In this document: positions 1 through 13,800 of the stretch, piece after piece
Layout: each line of letters starts with the position of its first letter
Position numbering within the stretch: position 1 is the stretch's first letter
Origin: Phallusia mammillata
Taxonomy: Eukaryota
Direction of reading: 5' to 3'
Length of the DNA stretch: 55,607 nucleotides
Assembly: GCA_965637545.1 (NCBI GenBank)
Contig: OZ281497.1
Location: 7,316,001-7,371,607 of the forward strand
Made by a program: the position numbers and the translations under genes
The notes under the pieces: model-generated
What the model saw: only the letters and a program-made list of their open reading frames with translations
The model's database searches: none
What the model was told of the DNA's origin: nothing

Positions 1-258
1 AGTACCACAGTGTTTATGTTGCGGTGTAAAATGGTGCGATTATAGTCACTTTCGTTTTCTTTTAGGTGTCATTATTGATTCTTCCTATGTAATCCCTCGT
101 TTTGACCTCGATATTGCTGTCCAAGTTCAGTTTTTAGGCACAAATTTTCTTAGAAAATCTAAACTTTCCCTCCAGGAAAGGGGACCCATAAAAATAAGTT
201 AACAAAGTATACTGAACTTATAGAGCACATATTTTAACTTTCATTTTTAAAAACAAAC

Positions 259-1882
259 CTGTGAAGTGTTTGCTATTCTTAAATAGTCCAAATGACAGTC
301 GTAAATGCCTTCGATATCCATAGTGTATTGTATTGTGATAATCTGAAAACAAAATTAGTCATTCTCTTTCAAACGACTTCTATATCTCAGAAACGTACCT
401 GGTCAGGCCGTGCATTTATTATCCACCTGCAATCCTGGTTGTTGTCGTAATTCATTGGATAATTTGGTGAGTGAATGACACCGGAAGTGTTAGTGATCAC
501 GTAACCGCAGGTAAAAACTAAAAAAATGATTAATAGCAAAACATATGATCCTTGTAAAATGTAGGCTAACAAACCCGAACCTACCAGTAGCTGGCGTAAT
601 TGTGTAGTTCACAGGATCTAGAAAAATACCCAAAATTTAGTTCTCGTGTTGAGGGTAATTACAATTTTCATTGATTACACGGTTTAATTGGAACCAAGTT
701 TGACAAACAAACAAAAAAACAACAACAAAAAACAGACTAAGTAAGCAAATATAAACAGTTGATAAAAGTCGCACACCTCCAGCTTCATATCAACACATAA
801 AAAACATTTTATAAATACTTTCTCAAAATTATAAAAAACATTTCTCAAACGAAATACGAATAATCGAGAAAGCACTGTAATTACCATCTGAAGTTAAAAA
901 AGAAAAAACACTAATTTTTAATTTGGTGAAATGCTATAAATATCACATTTGTGTAAGCCCTCAATAGCAGAAGTGATTACTTACATGTTGCTACAAAAAA
1001 GCAAGTTTTCTTACCGACAGCATCCCAGTTGATAGTCACGTGACCTGGACTTGTGTATGTTCCTTCCCAGAAATAACTCAACACCACGTATATCATATTG
1101 GAATTCGACACGAACGACTTTGGTTTAGAATTTGAACACAGAGGTTGCTTGTACTGTAATACAACGCACAGCGTGTTTAAATTCCAGAAAGTTCTCATCT
1201 AAGGCACCCTAAATTCAGCGGACATCCGGATTTAAAGTTACTGCCGACTGACAAAAGTGTGTCAGGATGATGCATAAAGAGCAGGAGATACACTTCTGGT
1301 TGCATAGAAGCAACCTTTTTTTGCCATTTTTAGTCTTGCATTCAACAAAGAAACGAACTTAAAAACAGCCTATTATTATTTCCAATACACACACGATCGC
1401 ACAAAAGTGGTTGGCAATTACTATGTTTTGTTAAAGGTATTGCTAACAATAATTATGTTTTAAAGTTTCCCGCGTGACTAAGTCCATACCCAAGCGTTTC
1501 TTAATATTACACTGCATAAAAATTTACTTAAATAGTCGAGATTTTTTAAACAACACTAGTACCCGTATGAGTTCTATATTGTTTTTGTATTCTATTTCTT
1601 ACCACGTTTTGCCACCGAGAACCTTGGTAAACCTGAATGTATAGTCTGCTGCATTCCAGACTGGATGATAAATTGTATTCCAAAAAGCTAACGTTTAGAA
1701 CCTAGAAAACATAAAGATGCGACAAACTTTTTAATTTATGTGTTAAAATAGCGTAATTTAAACCTTTCCATATGATGCTTGAACTATCCAGGTACAGTAG
1801 GTACTTGGGTATTCATCTGTCGTAGTTCCAGGTATTGCCAAAGAGCCTTGGTTTTCGTAAAAAAAGTTGTCCGCCTTGCAAC
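259..1882 (-). CDS. CUB17 and partial CUB18 of the multi-CUB gene
   Basis: CUB17 exons 1764-1882, 1603-1701, 1015-1153; linker 585-617 ([11 protein letters not shown]); CUB18 exons 399-517 ([39 protein letters not shown]) and 259-342. The third CUB18 exon was not found in 1-258. Confidence 0.85.
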
Positions 1883-4800
1883 CTATTGTGTTCCCATGTG
1901 AAAGTTTATTCAGTTTATTATTGTAAAGTTTTTAAAACTAAATGATAGTGGCATTGCAGAGCTATCAACATTTACTGTCCAAGTAAAAAAGCATTACTGT
2001 TAAAGTGCCCAATTCTCAACCAGTAACTGCTGAACGAAGCTGAACTGACAGCAGAACTAAAAAATCACAGTGACTAACTTATGATAACAGTACCTGGTCG
2101 CCATCTCGTCGTGCCTGAAGAAAAGAAAAATACAAATTTGAAATGCAGCGCTGAATTATATTCCTTCAACAACATTGAAACGATTTGGAGCAAAAGCAAC
2201 AAGTCAAAATTTGCGAAAAACGGCTACCTACCATTCGAAGTAGTAGTATTGGTGATAGCAGTTGGATTGGTTTCTTTAAAGTAAAAATAAAGACAAAAGG
2301 AATAAATAATATATATTGTCGCAAATTATCTGGAACTTCGACAAAGTAGTAGTATTGTTATCAAACAATAAAAACAAACTAAACAAACAAACCATAGTAG
2401 CTTGAAGTAAATGGGATGTTGGTTGAGTTAATCGTTGTGTTCAAAACTACATCTGGAAAATAAAGAAATGGATAAAGTCTAGAAGGAAATAACATTTAAA
2501 AACTAAAAATGAGTGAAAATAACTTGCATAATTGCAAACTTCGGGAGTGCAAAAGTAACAAGTAAAAGCTAAAAAGACAACTTGCAAATTCTACCAAAAT
2601 TAACAAAAAACATCTTACCTGTGCCATACCAGTAAAGGTAGAACCCGTTGCCCCCAAGAAACGCATCGGAATGAAAAGTAACAGTTGCGTACGAATAAAA
2701 ACGATGGGAAAAAAATTCATTGGAACAATATCTTTGGCCGGTCTGAAAATAAATGAATGTCTGCAATTTCATACTGTGGTTATTAAAATCATGACTCTTA
2801 CAGGTTTGCCATCAAGGGAGATCTCCAAATAGTCGAAGGAGCAATTCCCGCTTCTTTCAAGATCGATGGAGGAAGAATAAAGAGTATATCTTGAGTACTG
2901 AAATAGCGACATTTATAGATTATTTGCAACGCACAAACACAAGTAATTCTAAAATTTAAGAAATAAGGGATACACCCACTCCAAATCATTTAGTTAGTTA
3001 TGAACCTGTCCTGAAGGGGGAACAATTTTCCAAAAGCAGTCAAGGTTAGAAGAGTAACCATTCGGATAATTTGGGGACTGGATATTGTCACTTGTTCTGT
3101 TAAAGGTGCCGGCGCACGAAGCTGCAAAATAGGTATGTAAAACGCAAATTTGCTCAAATTTCATTTTTAGTTTTAAAAATTGTCTTACCTGGCGCACTTG
3201 TATTACGATCTGTAAAAACATATATCTTTAAATTTTAAGTTTTAATAAAAGGGCGCCAATAATAAACAGAATGGGAATTCTTGATAGTTTTTAGGTTTGA
3301 AACGACAACTTTATGATAAACACTGTAAGCGGTTCAACTGAACCAAACCTTTGGAACTTTTTCTTCTACATAAGTAGAACATAAGTAAGTACATTTTACA
3401 AGCAATTAAAACAAATTAAAAATTAAGAGAATCAAATTAAACAAAATTATTCAAAAAACGTTTTTGAGAAGTAGGTGTTAAACTATAGTTACTATTTGCA
3501 GCGTAAAGTAATGAACGTAATGAGACGGGTTAAAATATATTTTGACACACATCTAATCTTCCAATAATACATAAACATTTAAATCTGTGTGAATCGCTCA
3601 TTTGTGACGAAACGTATCAACAAACTTGCGTTAGAAAAAAATAAACAACCAAAAACTGTACGATGCCCCTTCAAAGAAAGCATTAATGAGCAGAAAATGT
3701 AAAAATGTTTAAAAAAGGTTATCAAGTACTCAAACTTGTAATATTACCTGTCATTCTCCAATATAGCAGAAATCCTCGATAGTTTGTTTGATGGTCGGAA
3801 TTAAACGACAAAGCAACTGTATTACCGGGAGTTATCAAAGTGTAATGTCGTCTTGGCAACGTACAAATCCTCTTGGTAGCCTAAGCAAACAAATATATGA
3901 AACAAGTAAACGAATGTTAGTAACAAGTAAATAAACGTGTAAACGAATCATTCACATTGTGACTAAAATATCCGAAAAGCACATTTAGCTAAAACTTGTT
4001 AAACGATAGAAACATGCTATGCATTTAAGTCACAGAATGGACTTACAGATGTAGTATTTTCTGATATCTCCAAATAGACACCAGTACAGGTGTGATAGCT
4101 GTACGGAAGGTTGAATGTTACAAATCTCATCTCAATAACCTGAATCATAAACGTAAATGATTATTATTTAAATTTTACGTTTCAAATCCCACCAACATTT
4201 AAAACCACAAGATTTTGAAAAAAAAACACTCTTCAGTTTTTTTTTTTCACAAACCTTTATTGTTCCCGTACACCGTTTAAAATTGACATAGCGATTTCAT
4301 GCACTTTTTAGACTGCTGCAAAAAAATCGACATTTTAACGAGCACAAAAAGTGCCGAAATGGTGGTGCATGTGCCATAATACAGACACCGGACAAATTAT
4401 GCGTCAAGTTACTACACTTTGTGAACGCATTTGGCGGTATGGTGCACATAAAACGTTTACCCTAAGCTGTATCAAAAAGGAAATTCATTGAATAGTTTGT
4501 TTAAGATTTTGATTTCAAAGTAAACGTCATAAGTTTACCTTTTGTGAAGGTGCTGTAAGGAACCAAGTGCATCTCGTGTGACTGGGATAAGTTTCGGGAA
4601 ATCCTGGGGAACTTAGAAAGCCGGTTTCGTTTGTCAAGTCTCTGGCCTGACACGAAGGTGCTAAAACAATGTAAGCATTAATTAAACCAAATCACTTTAA
4701 CAAACCAACGGGCTATCATCAAATAAATATGTGGACACCTATTAAATTTGTATTTAAATTTCTACTTACTTGCTACGGCTCCTGTGCTATCTGAAAAAAA

Positions 4801-7800
4801 AGCAAATAGATTACAAAAAAATGTTCAGTAATGTTGAAAAAGTTTATTTTTTGACCAACATTTTATGTTCATGTTTGTTGTTTCCGAGGTTTTTAAGGAA
4901 CAATGTGATTAGTATTATTAATCCAAGCTTTCGTTGGTTTTATTTGTGAAAAATTTTTACACTCAAGCCGGGTAATTGATGTAAGGCTGTCTTAATTTAC
5001 ACGAAGAAAACTTTAAGTCTGATTTCAGAAAAAACATTAACCGCATACCAGTGATGGGGAGACTCGAGTCAGTGACTCGACTCGAGTCCGACTCGAGTCA
5101 CCTTTTTCAAAGACTTGACTTGACTCGAGTCTCAGCTGTGAAAATACGACTAGACTTGGATTCGTCTTAGTAGAGACTCGACTCAGACTCGGACCCGTTA
5201 TTTCACCAACAAAACAACTTCCTTTGCAAGACACAACTTACTTTGCAAGCTCCAAGCCAGTACAAATCCTTTTCCGGTCACACTGTTATCAGACTTAAAC
5301 GTGATAATTGGATTATAGTCTGGCACAGATATTGATGTATCCGTATACCTTGGACTACCGCAGTGCGTTTCCCCCTGTTAACAATATTTGCAGCTCATTT
5401 TGTATGAAAGCAAATAAACAAACTCAGTAACCAACCTTTGAATTATTATGGTAGCCAATGTGAAGAAAATCTGCACGACAATCAAGGGACTGTTCGATGT
5501 CCATCTCCAAAAGGAAAATGCGAATTATCTAAAGATGAAAAAAGGCAACATGTAAATACATTGTGCAAATCGAACTAAAGTCATAGCTAGTCACGAAAAC
5601 ACCAAAAACTGTCAAATTGTAACTAACATTGACTTTCTATTAATACACATATCAGAAGTAACAACAAGGAGTATCACCAGACTATATACGATGCAGTAAA
5701 AGGTAAAGCAGCATTTTTGTAAAGCAGAGCAAATAATTGTTAAAAATTAACTGAAGTCCGCAGTGATATAGCAACCACCAAACCAAAATATAACACAGTA
5801 AATCGTAGAGTAAAAAATAAACCGTTCCCCACAAATGGTAATTGCCTAGTCATAAAACGTAGAATGTTGTATGGTTACCAATCGTCCTCGCAACTCATTT
5901 GTTGGGTAGGGTATCGGTACTATAAATTAATTCATGTCAATCCCACTGAGATAACGGGGTAGGTGAATTCGTCAAAAAAGTGTTTTTCTAGAAGTGATTT
6001 TGATTGCTATTTTTGCACACAAACAAATCAACTAACATGATTTTTTCTATTCTGTATCTTCCATCGACATGCAAAGTTGTTGGGATAACTGTCAGGGTAG
6101 TTGGGCGATGTGATAATTCCGTTGGCTTCCGTCAAAGTAAAGGAACAATTCAAAACTGCGAAAACCAGAGCTGGTGAAAAGTTATTTGGACGTTTAACAA
6201 AAACTACAAAAGAGAAAACTTACCTTCCGGCAGTAGAGTAGTGTTTCGTAGTTCTAAAACCACATGCCAATTTAACAAAGTTACACAAAACTAATCATTT
6301 AAAACAGGGGTCACCAAACTACGGCCCGGCCGGATCCGGCCCGCGTACCACATTTTTCATAGTTAGCAAAATCGAATTGATCATTTGTAACATTCAAAGA
6401 GTATTCTACTCCTTACGAAAGTTTTGCTGTCGCGATTTGTAAAATTTATATTACGTATTTTCATAGGATAACAACGCCCAGGATTGATGCAAAGCCAGTT
6501 GTTACGTCATAGACAAGACTACAAGTGTTAATTGTGCACAAACAATTGCCTTCTTTTGTTACTTGTGACGAAATATACAGTTTAATAGTCGCATAACCGA
6601 AGTTTAGGATTGTAGAAAGACCATATCTTGACGCCCCTATAAAAATTGCCTGGCGGGCTAAGTTAGGAAAGACGGCGCAAGGACATTTAAACTATGCGGC
6701 CCGCGCGAATCATTATTAATCTCATCCGGCCCGCAGTGAAAAAAGTTTGGTGACCCCTGATTTAAAACGTCGAAGGTTTACATGCACACTTTAGATGACA
6801 AAATGATCAAAACTTATTTTCAGTCAAGCAGCGTCACAGCTTAAGTTTTATGCTGTTTTTTTATGCAGTTCAAAAAAGTTTTGAAAATGCCTTTACCGCT
6901 GGTTTTGTGCATTACGCAGTAATAATAAGTTTATGACTATGACTCAATTATTTTAAAAATAAATCATCACTTTTTGTTGGACAAAAATCGACTCCTAATT
7001 ATACCTGAGGAATTCCACGTAACTTCAAACAAACTCCGGGTACTGTAGGAATATGTGTTGTACACGAAAATAATGTTTGAAGACGAAGTAAAGCTTTTCG
7101 GTGGTGTGTTGCAAATATTCCCATCAAACTGTAAAAGTTAAATCGAGTAAATAATGCAGATTTTTTCGTGGTTGTGGTATTCAATTTGGTAGCGAAATAT
7201 GTTATTTGCATCCAACAAATTTCTTAAAGACTAACGTTAAAAATACACATAAAAAATCATAGAACATGAAGAGTTATAGATGTAAGTTCCGAAAAATCAC
7301 TTAGTCGTTCACCCTTTGGTTTTAAAGATATATATATTTCGCTATTACAGCATCGTCAGTATCTACGAACAAGCAGAAAGATTCATAAAAAATTAATGAA
7401 AACAGTATGCATAAAAGACCTACCAATAAAAGTGTAAAATGGAATGGCATACTGTTTTCATTAATTTTTTATGAATCTTTCTGCTTGTTCGTAGACATTC
7501 CATTTTACGATGCTGTAATAGCGAAATATATATATCTTTAAAACCAAAGGGTGAACGACTAAGTGATTTTTCGGAACTTACATCTATTGATATAAGGATT
7601 TTTAGTCTTCATCCACCAAGCAACGGACTGGGTGATTCGAGCTTTAAGTTTCAATTACGAGTATAACATGAAGAGTTGTAATTTTATTGCATTAATCTCA
7701 ATCAGTGCCAGCTAAAGTAGTAGGTAGTAGGCTTACCAAGTGGTTTTTAAAAATATCAAAATCAACATACAACTAGTACTAGCAGTCACTATCAGTCTGG

Positions 7801-10800
7801 AAAATGTAACATAAAAAATACCAAGTTATTGCGACGTTCGTCATAAACCCTCAAGTAGTCATTGTAGCATGATGTGTTGCTGCTAAACTTGGTAAAGGAC
7901 ACAGTGACCTCCTGCAACCAATTAAACATAAGCAGTTTTACAAGACACTTTACCAACTACAAATATTTGACTAACCTTTCCTTCCTGAACAAGCAACGTC
8001 CACTTGCACTTTAATGTTAAATACACATTTGAATTGGAAAATGCCTCATTTGAGAAGGTGCCGGAGAGTGATGTTAGATTAACTCCACCAGCACAAGGAG
8101 CAAAAGACAAATCTGGAAAATAAATCATGACCTATATATTTGTTGTGCCGTTTAAAAGGGATGAGTCAAAACTGTAAATGTTCTCGAGAAACGCTCGGTG
8201 CATTTGTAACGTCACAAACATTCCCGATTCCACGTTAGTTTTGTAACTTTACAAGGCCCCTAACGTCACCAGCGGGGTATTAAGCTGTACAGGCCCCAGA
8301 AGTTGGCGTTTTCCATCTAACACATTTTTGAAAAAGTCCTTGTTCTCCTTAGATACCCCCTCGAACATTAGCAGGGCATGAATATGCAAATTTAGTACTC
8401 GGGTCAGTTTGTGCAACTGCTCGGCCGAGCACCGAAAACAGCGAGGCTCGGTAGCGAGTACTCGGGTTCTGGCTCGGTTCGGCCCACCTGTACCGTTTAA
8501 CATTTAACAGCTTCTTATCTTTGTCGTTTGTAGAAGGTGAGGTACTACAGGATTCATTCTAAGCTTTGGTCCTAACACAACATACCTACAATCTGATAGT
8601 CAAGAGCGAATCCAGAATAGCTGACCATGTCATCGGAATGAAAATATAGATCGGTCTCTCCAAGGTAAAATACATTATTCGCAAAGAATTTGCAGAAGGT
8701 TGTAGTGTTCTAAAAACATGTTTTCAACATTTACAAAATAATCACTCAAATCACTATCTTACTATATTTGTATGTATACCAAATGACTTACTTTATTAGC
8801 CGAAATGATCAAATAGTCCCAACGACAATCGTATATGTATTCGATTTCGATACTCCGAAAATAGATTAGAACGTACTAAAAAAGAGTATAAAACACATGT
8901 TATGCTTTTGTAATGAGAAAATTTGTATATGATAAACTAAATCTACAAACTACCTCATTGCTTGTAGCTGGTATGACCCAATGACAATCTTGATTGTTTG
9001 GGTATTTGGAGGGATAATTTGGAGAGTAAATTGTTCCATTTCTCTTTGCAACACTATGTCCACAATTGAAAGCTAAAAATGATATACAACAAAACGTGTT
9101 AGATAAATTTCCAAGATATACCCTTATTGATCTGGCATACGCAAAAAATGCACAAACAAACAATAAAGCCTTACAATATTTTTATAACTTTAAATCACAA
9201 AAACTTACTTGTTGCAGGGGTGGGAGAAAATGTTACTGGACCTAGAAACATATCAACTTGTTTAATAGTCCTTTAGGTTTAACCTTTTACAAACATAGTT
9301 ACTAATAACAAACAGTAAGGCTAAAATTTTAAAACTTTAGCGATATTAAGAAAGAGTCAGTTAAAAGACATTGTTCAAACTGCAAAACAGACATGTATTT
9401 TACGACAAATTATATTAAAACAACAAAAACTAAGGAATGGTTTACCTGCAACGGACCATTGGATCTCCATGTTTCCAATGCCGGGATTTGCATTACCATA
9501 GTAACTGTAGTAATTGTATGTAATCTGTACTACATTTGACGCCGATGTGAACGATCGTGGTGGTTTTGACCAACAAACTTCGTTAAACTATAAAAAAATC
9601 GTTTATAGCATACGCATTTTTTTCAATAAAAGAGTACAAAACTAAAGTTAATATTACATACCACACTCTGGTATGACCGACCATTGTAAAATCGAAAGTA
9701 ATTTTCATAGCAGTGTGTCTGGTTAGACAGATTGAACACCGGAAAGCTGATGTTTATTGCCTGTGGAAAACATTTAGTTTTAGTACGTACATGTTATTCA
9801 TACAGACCTAAACCTGGATCCCTATGTGGGCTGTGCAATCAAACCGTAGGAAAGGTGGGTGCCTAAGCGTTTTACGTTTTGTTTTTAATGATTGTTAAAT
9901 TGGTTGTATACAGTTTTTAGCACAAGGCAACTGAATTGGGGTGAAATTAAGTCCGAAATTTTGATCCAAAATAATAAAAAAACTATGTTGTATCTTACCC
10001 TGCCAGGTTCAACTTGGATGGTCCACGTGCAATACAGGGAATTAGTGATCGGATACGTAATATCGGCTGGAATAAGGATTTTACCAGATGTGCCGCTTAG
10101 AAATACACCGCTAGAGAGACAAGCTAAAAGAAAGTGCACAAAGTAAAAAAAATCAAAGATCTTGCATATTTTATATTTATTACAAATTGTTCGTTTTATA
10201 TCATAGGCTATTTTAAAAAATAATAGAAGTTTTTTAAAAAATGCGACTTCATATCACACTAAATGTGTAACCTTTAAAACTAAAATTAAAAACTGGTTAA
10301 CAGAAACTTGTAATGAAAGTTACGTGCCTTTTGAACTTGAAGTGTTGGCAACTGCTGTTGATTCTGAAATACAAAAAGCGCAAGTGTGGACTAAAACTGA
10401 AAATCATGACAGATGGAAAAAACGTGAGGTGCTACGAAATGAAGACTAATTTAGTTAAAAATTTCGAACAAAAATAAAACAAATACAAACCACTGTAGCT
10501 CGGAGTAAATGGATGCTGTGTCGATTTCCACGCTGTACCTAAAATATAAGATCATTGACAAAATGAAACAAAGAAAAATATAATTTGGTACAAGGTAACG
10601 TCAGGACACACGTTATATGTAACAATCCAAAGTAATAAAAAAACTTAAACTAAGTTTAAATAGAAAAATACAGTTCGGCGTTTCAGATTAACACATAAAA
10701 ATGAAAAACACGCACCGTTTGGGGAATAAGTATATGGCATAGAAGTTGCGTTGATCAATGGATCTGCAAAATAGAATAAAATAAAATAAAAAATTGCTAA

Positions 10801-13800
10801 TTTACATACAAAATGAACTGTGTTTCTTACCTGACCCATACCAGAAAATATTCATTCCCGATGCCGTAATAAACGCATCAGAATGAAAGGTGACAGTAGC
10901 ATACGACAAAAATTTGATTGAAAAATATTCATGATAGCAAAACCTTTGATGGTTCTACAAAAACAAGAAAATTAATCAGTACAAAAATGTTTAAAAGAGA
11001 CAAAAAAATACCTGTCTGCCATCATACGAGATTTCTAGGTAATCGAATGAGCAATTCGCATTCCTCTCCAGTTCAATGAAGGAATATGAAATATAGTAGC
11101 TGTTGTACTGGAAGAGATACAGGAAATACTTTAGCGCAAAATTATTAGAACACCTAATCATATATTTTGTTTAAACTTGATTGCATCTTTGGTGCTAAAA
11201 AATGATAGTGATATTCTAAACGCGCAATGGCAAAACCGAACCGTTTGATAATAAAAGGTCGATTATTTATTAAATTATTTATGGCAACATTCGCAAACGG
11301 TTTGGTTGTTATCTAAGAACCTGTCCTGCAGGTGGGGTAATCTTCCATGTACAATCAACTTTAGACGGGTAGCCATTGGGGTAATTGGGCGACTGGATGG
11401 ATCCTCTTACGCTGTTGAAGATGCCACCGCATGAAACTGAAATAAAACGCACTTTGTACATATCTTAATGTCGCGACACAAAAAATATGGTACAACTATA
11501 TTTACCTGACGCGCTGGTATTTCTTTCTGCAACAAAAATAAGTTTGTGATAAATTTGTGACGGTTTTGCAACAATGTTGAACCAGCTTTGTTATGTGTGA
11601 CAAAAAATAAACACTTATATCTTGGCCAAATTGTTCGTTTCATTAACCGCCTTTATATAAAGCAAGAGTCAGTAAAGTACGATTATTTTGATATTGACCC
11701 CTTGGTGAGGGCATATTCGTTTGATGTTGACCAAAGTGTGAAAGTAGGACTACTTAAAGTTTAGCTTATGAGAAGGGTTTTGTCCATACATTGAAATTAG
11801 GAAAATACCGTTCAATACTCGATTTGGTACGCGCACAAAATATGGTAAATACTGTTTAAGGTGTACCGATACCAATGTGGAAAATAGTAATAAATCACCT
11901 GTTATTTTCCAGTTGAGTAAAAATCCTTGCCAATTCGATCCATTGCCAGGTTTAAATCTAATAGCGACCGTGTTACTGGGAGTTGTCAAGTTTTCATATT
12001 GGTATGGCAATGAGCAAATTCTCTTCGCACTCTAAGTTTTAAAAACAAACAAATATTAATCAATAAATTATTTCCGTCGTGAATAGAAGTTGATGTAAGC
12101 CAATGCCCAAGATCAAATAATGTTTGTTTAGAATAATGTTAATTGTAGTATATTAGGTAGAAGTAAATTTTATTAAAGTTTTTAGCACGAAATTTTTCAA
12201 AATGTTTGGAAACCCCTGCATCAAATCAACTTCAAACAGACAAATTAACTCACAGATGAAAAATCTTCTGATATCTCCAAAAAGCCGCCGGTGCAAGCAT
12301 AAGTAGAATAGGAATAAGGAAAGTTTATGCTTATCAACCTTAACTGGATAACCTAGCAAACAAAATCTTGATAAGGAAACCTTTTTTTTACTAACACCAC
12401 ACAGTTGATCATAAATGTCACAGGTTACCAAACATTTGGGAACAATATCAAATTGTTTTTTTTTAAATAAACACGTTGCTGCAAAATTCATCTGGGTAAC
12501 CTGTTGTTTTGGTGCATTAATAAACCAAGTGCATTCCATATTTTGGGGATAAAATTCTGGAAATCCTGGTGACCAAAGAAATCCGGTTTCGTTTGTAACG
12601 TTGCTCGCCCCACAAGATGGTGCTGAAACAATACAATTTGTATTTACTTTGACATATATCTGTATACCTTTCTAACTGGCTCTGTTGGTTTTCTGTATAC
12701 TTACGTGCAACTGCAACGTTGACATCTAAAAAAAAAATAAGAAACATTTAGTACATTTTTCTTTTTATTTTGTGCAAAGTTATAGTACGTGAGTTTAACA
12801 AGGAAATGAAAATTCGCTACTAGCCTATATCTATTGAAGATTTGCTACAAATACCCTTTCATAATGTTACTTACTTTTCGAATACCAAGCTAGTACAAAT
12901 CCTCTGCCATTGATGCTGCTGTCAGACTTAAACGTGATAACTGGGTTGATTTTGGTCGCATAAGTTGACATATCCCCCAAAGTGCCGCAGTACGGCCCTA
13001 CCTGTATACATTGACATAACATAAGTGCGTGATGCAACGAAGTTTTGGTTAATATAATCATATTACAACGTGTCGTTTTATACCGAACTTTTTCAAACTT
13101 TCGTCAAAACGTCCCAAACAATTTAAAACGTCTAACGAATCTTTGAATATCAACAAAGTACGGGCTACGTTGTTTCAGAGTTTTGTGCAGTAAGTGCACC
13201 GTAAAATATGTTTTCAGGATAATTAACGATAAACTTAGGTTTTGACCTAAATGTTTCGAAAAGTGTAGGGACACCGCTACTTAAAACCTTTCAAAGCAAA
13301 ATCAAACCGTTGAACTATCGTTGAGGCTAATGTGAAAAAAATCTGCACGACAAGAAGGCGATCGCTCTAGTTCCCACTCCACCAACTTCAAGTAAATGGT
13401 CTAAAATAAATAAAGAGAAAATTAAAACCTTATACATATCGCTAAATCTAAAAATTAAAATTTACTGAGAGGCGTGACAATCAAGAGAAAAAGATTAGCT
13501 TTGGTACCCTACGACAAAAATTTGATCAAACCTAATAGCATTAAACTGGATCTGGCACCAGAATATATTTGACATTATCGATTTCGGCAACGACTTATAT
13601 TTAATTCTTATACATTGCGCCTGTTGTTGTTCCCGTTGCCACATTTGTTTCGCAAAAAGAGGAATTTTCTGGATACTCCAAGAATATCCTTAAGGCTTAA
13701 GCACTTAATTACTACTCTCCCTGTAATGTCGCATGGATCTTTGTTTTATCTTGGAAAGTATTGGTTACTCGTTTATTTGTAATTTATTCTAGTGTGGTAA

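Noticed and set aside
1-258. Third exon of CUB18 or a terminal exon
   Set aside because: Candidate acceptors lead to immediate stops; the gene probably continues beyond the window edge.
11233-11310. Short inverted repeat AACCGAACCGTTTG / CAAACGGTTTGGTT
   Set aside because: Only about 14 bp, no TSD; too weak to call a MITE.
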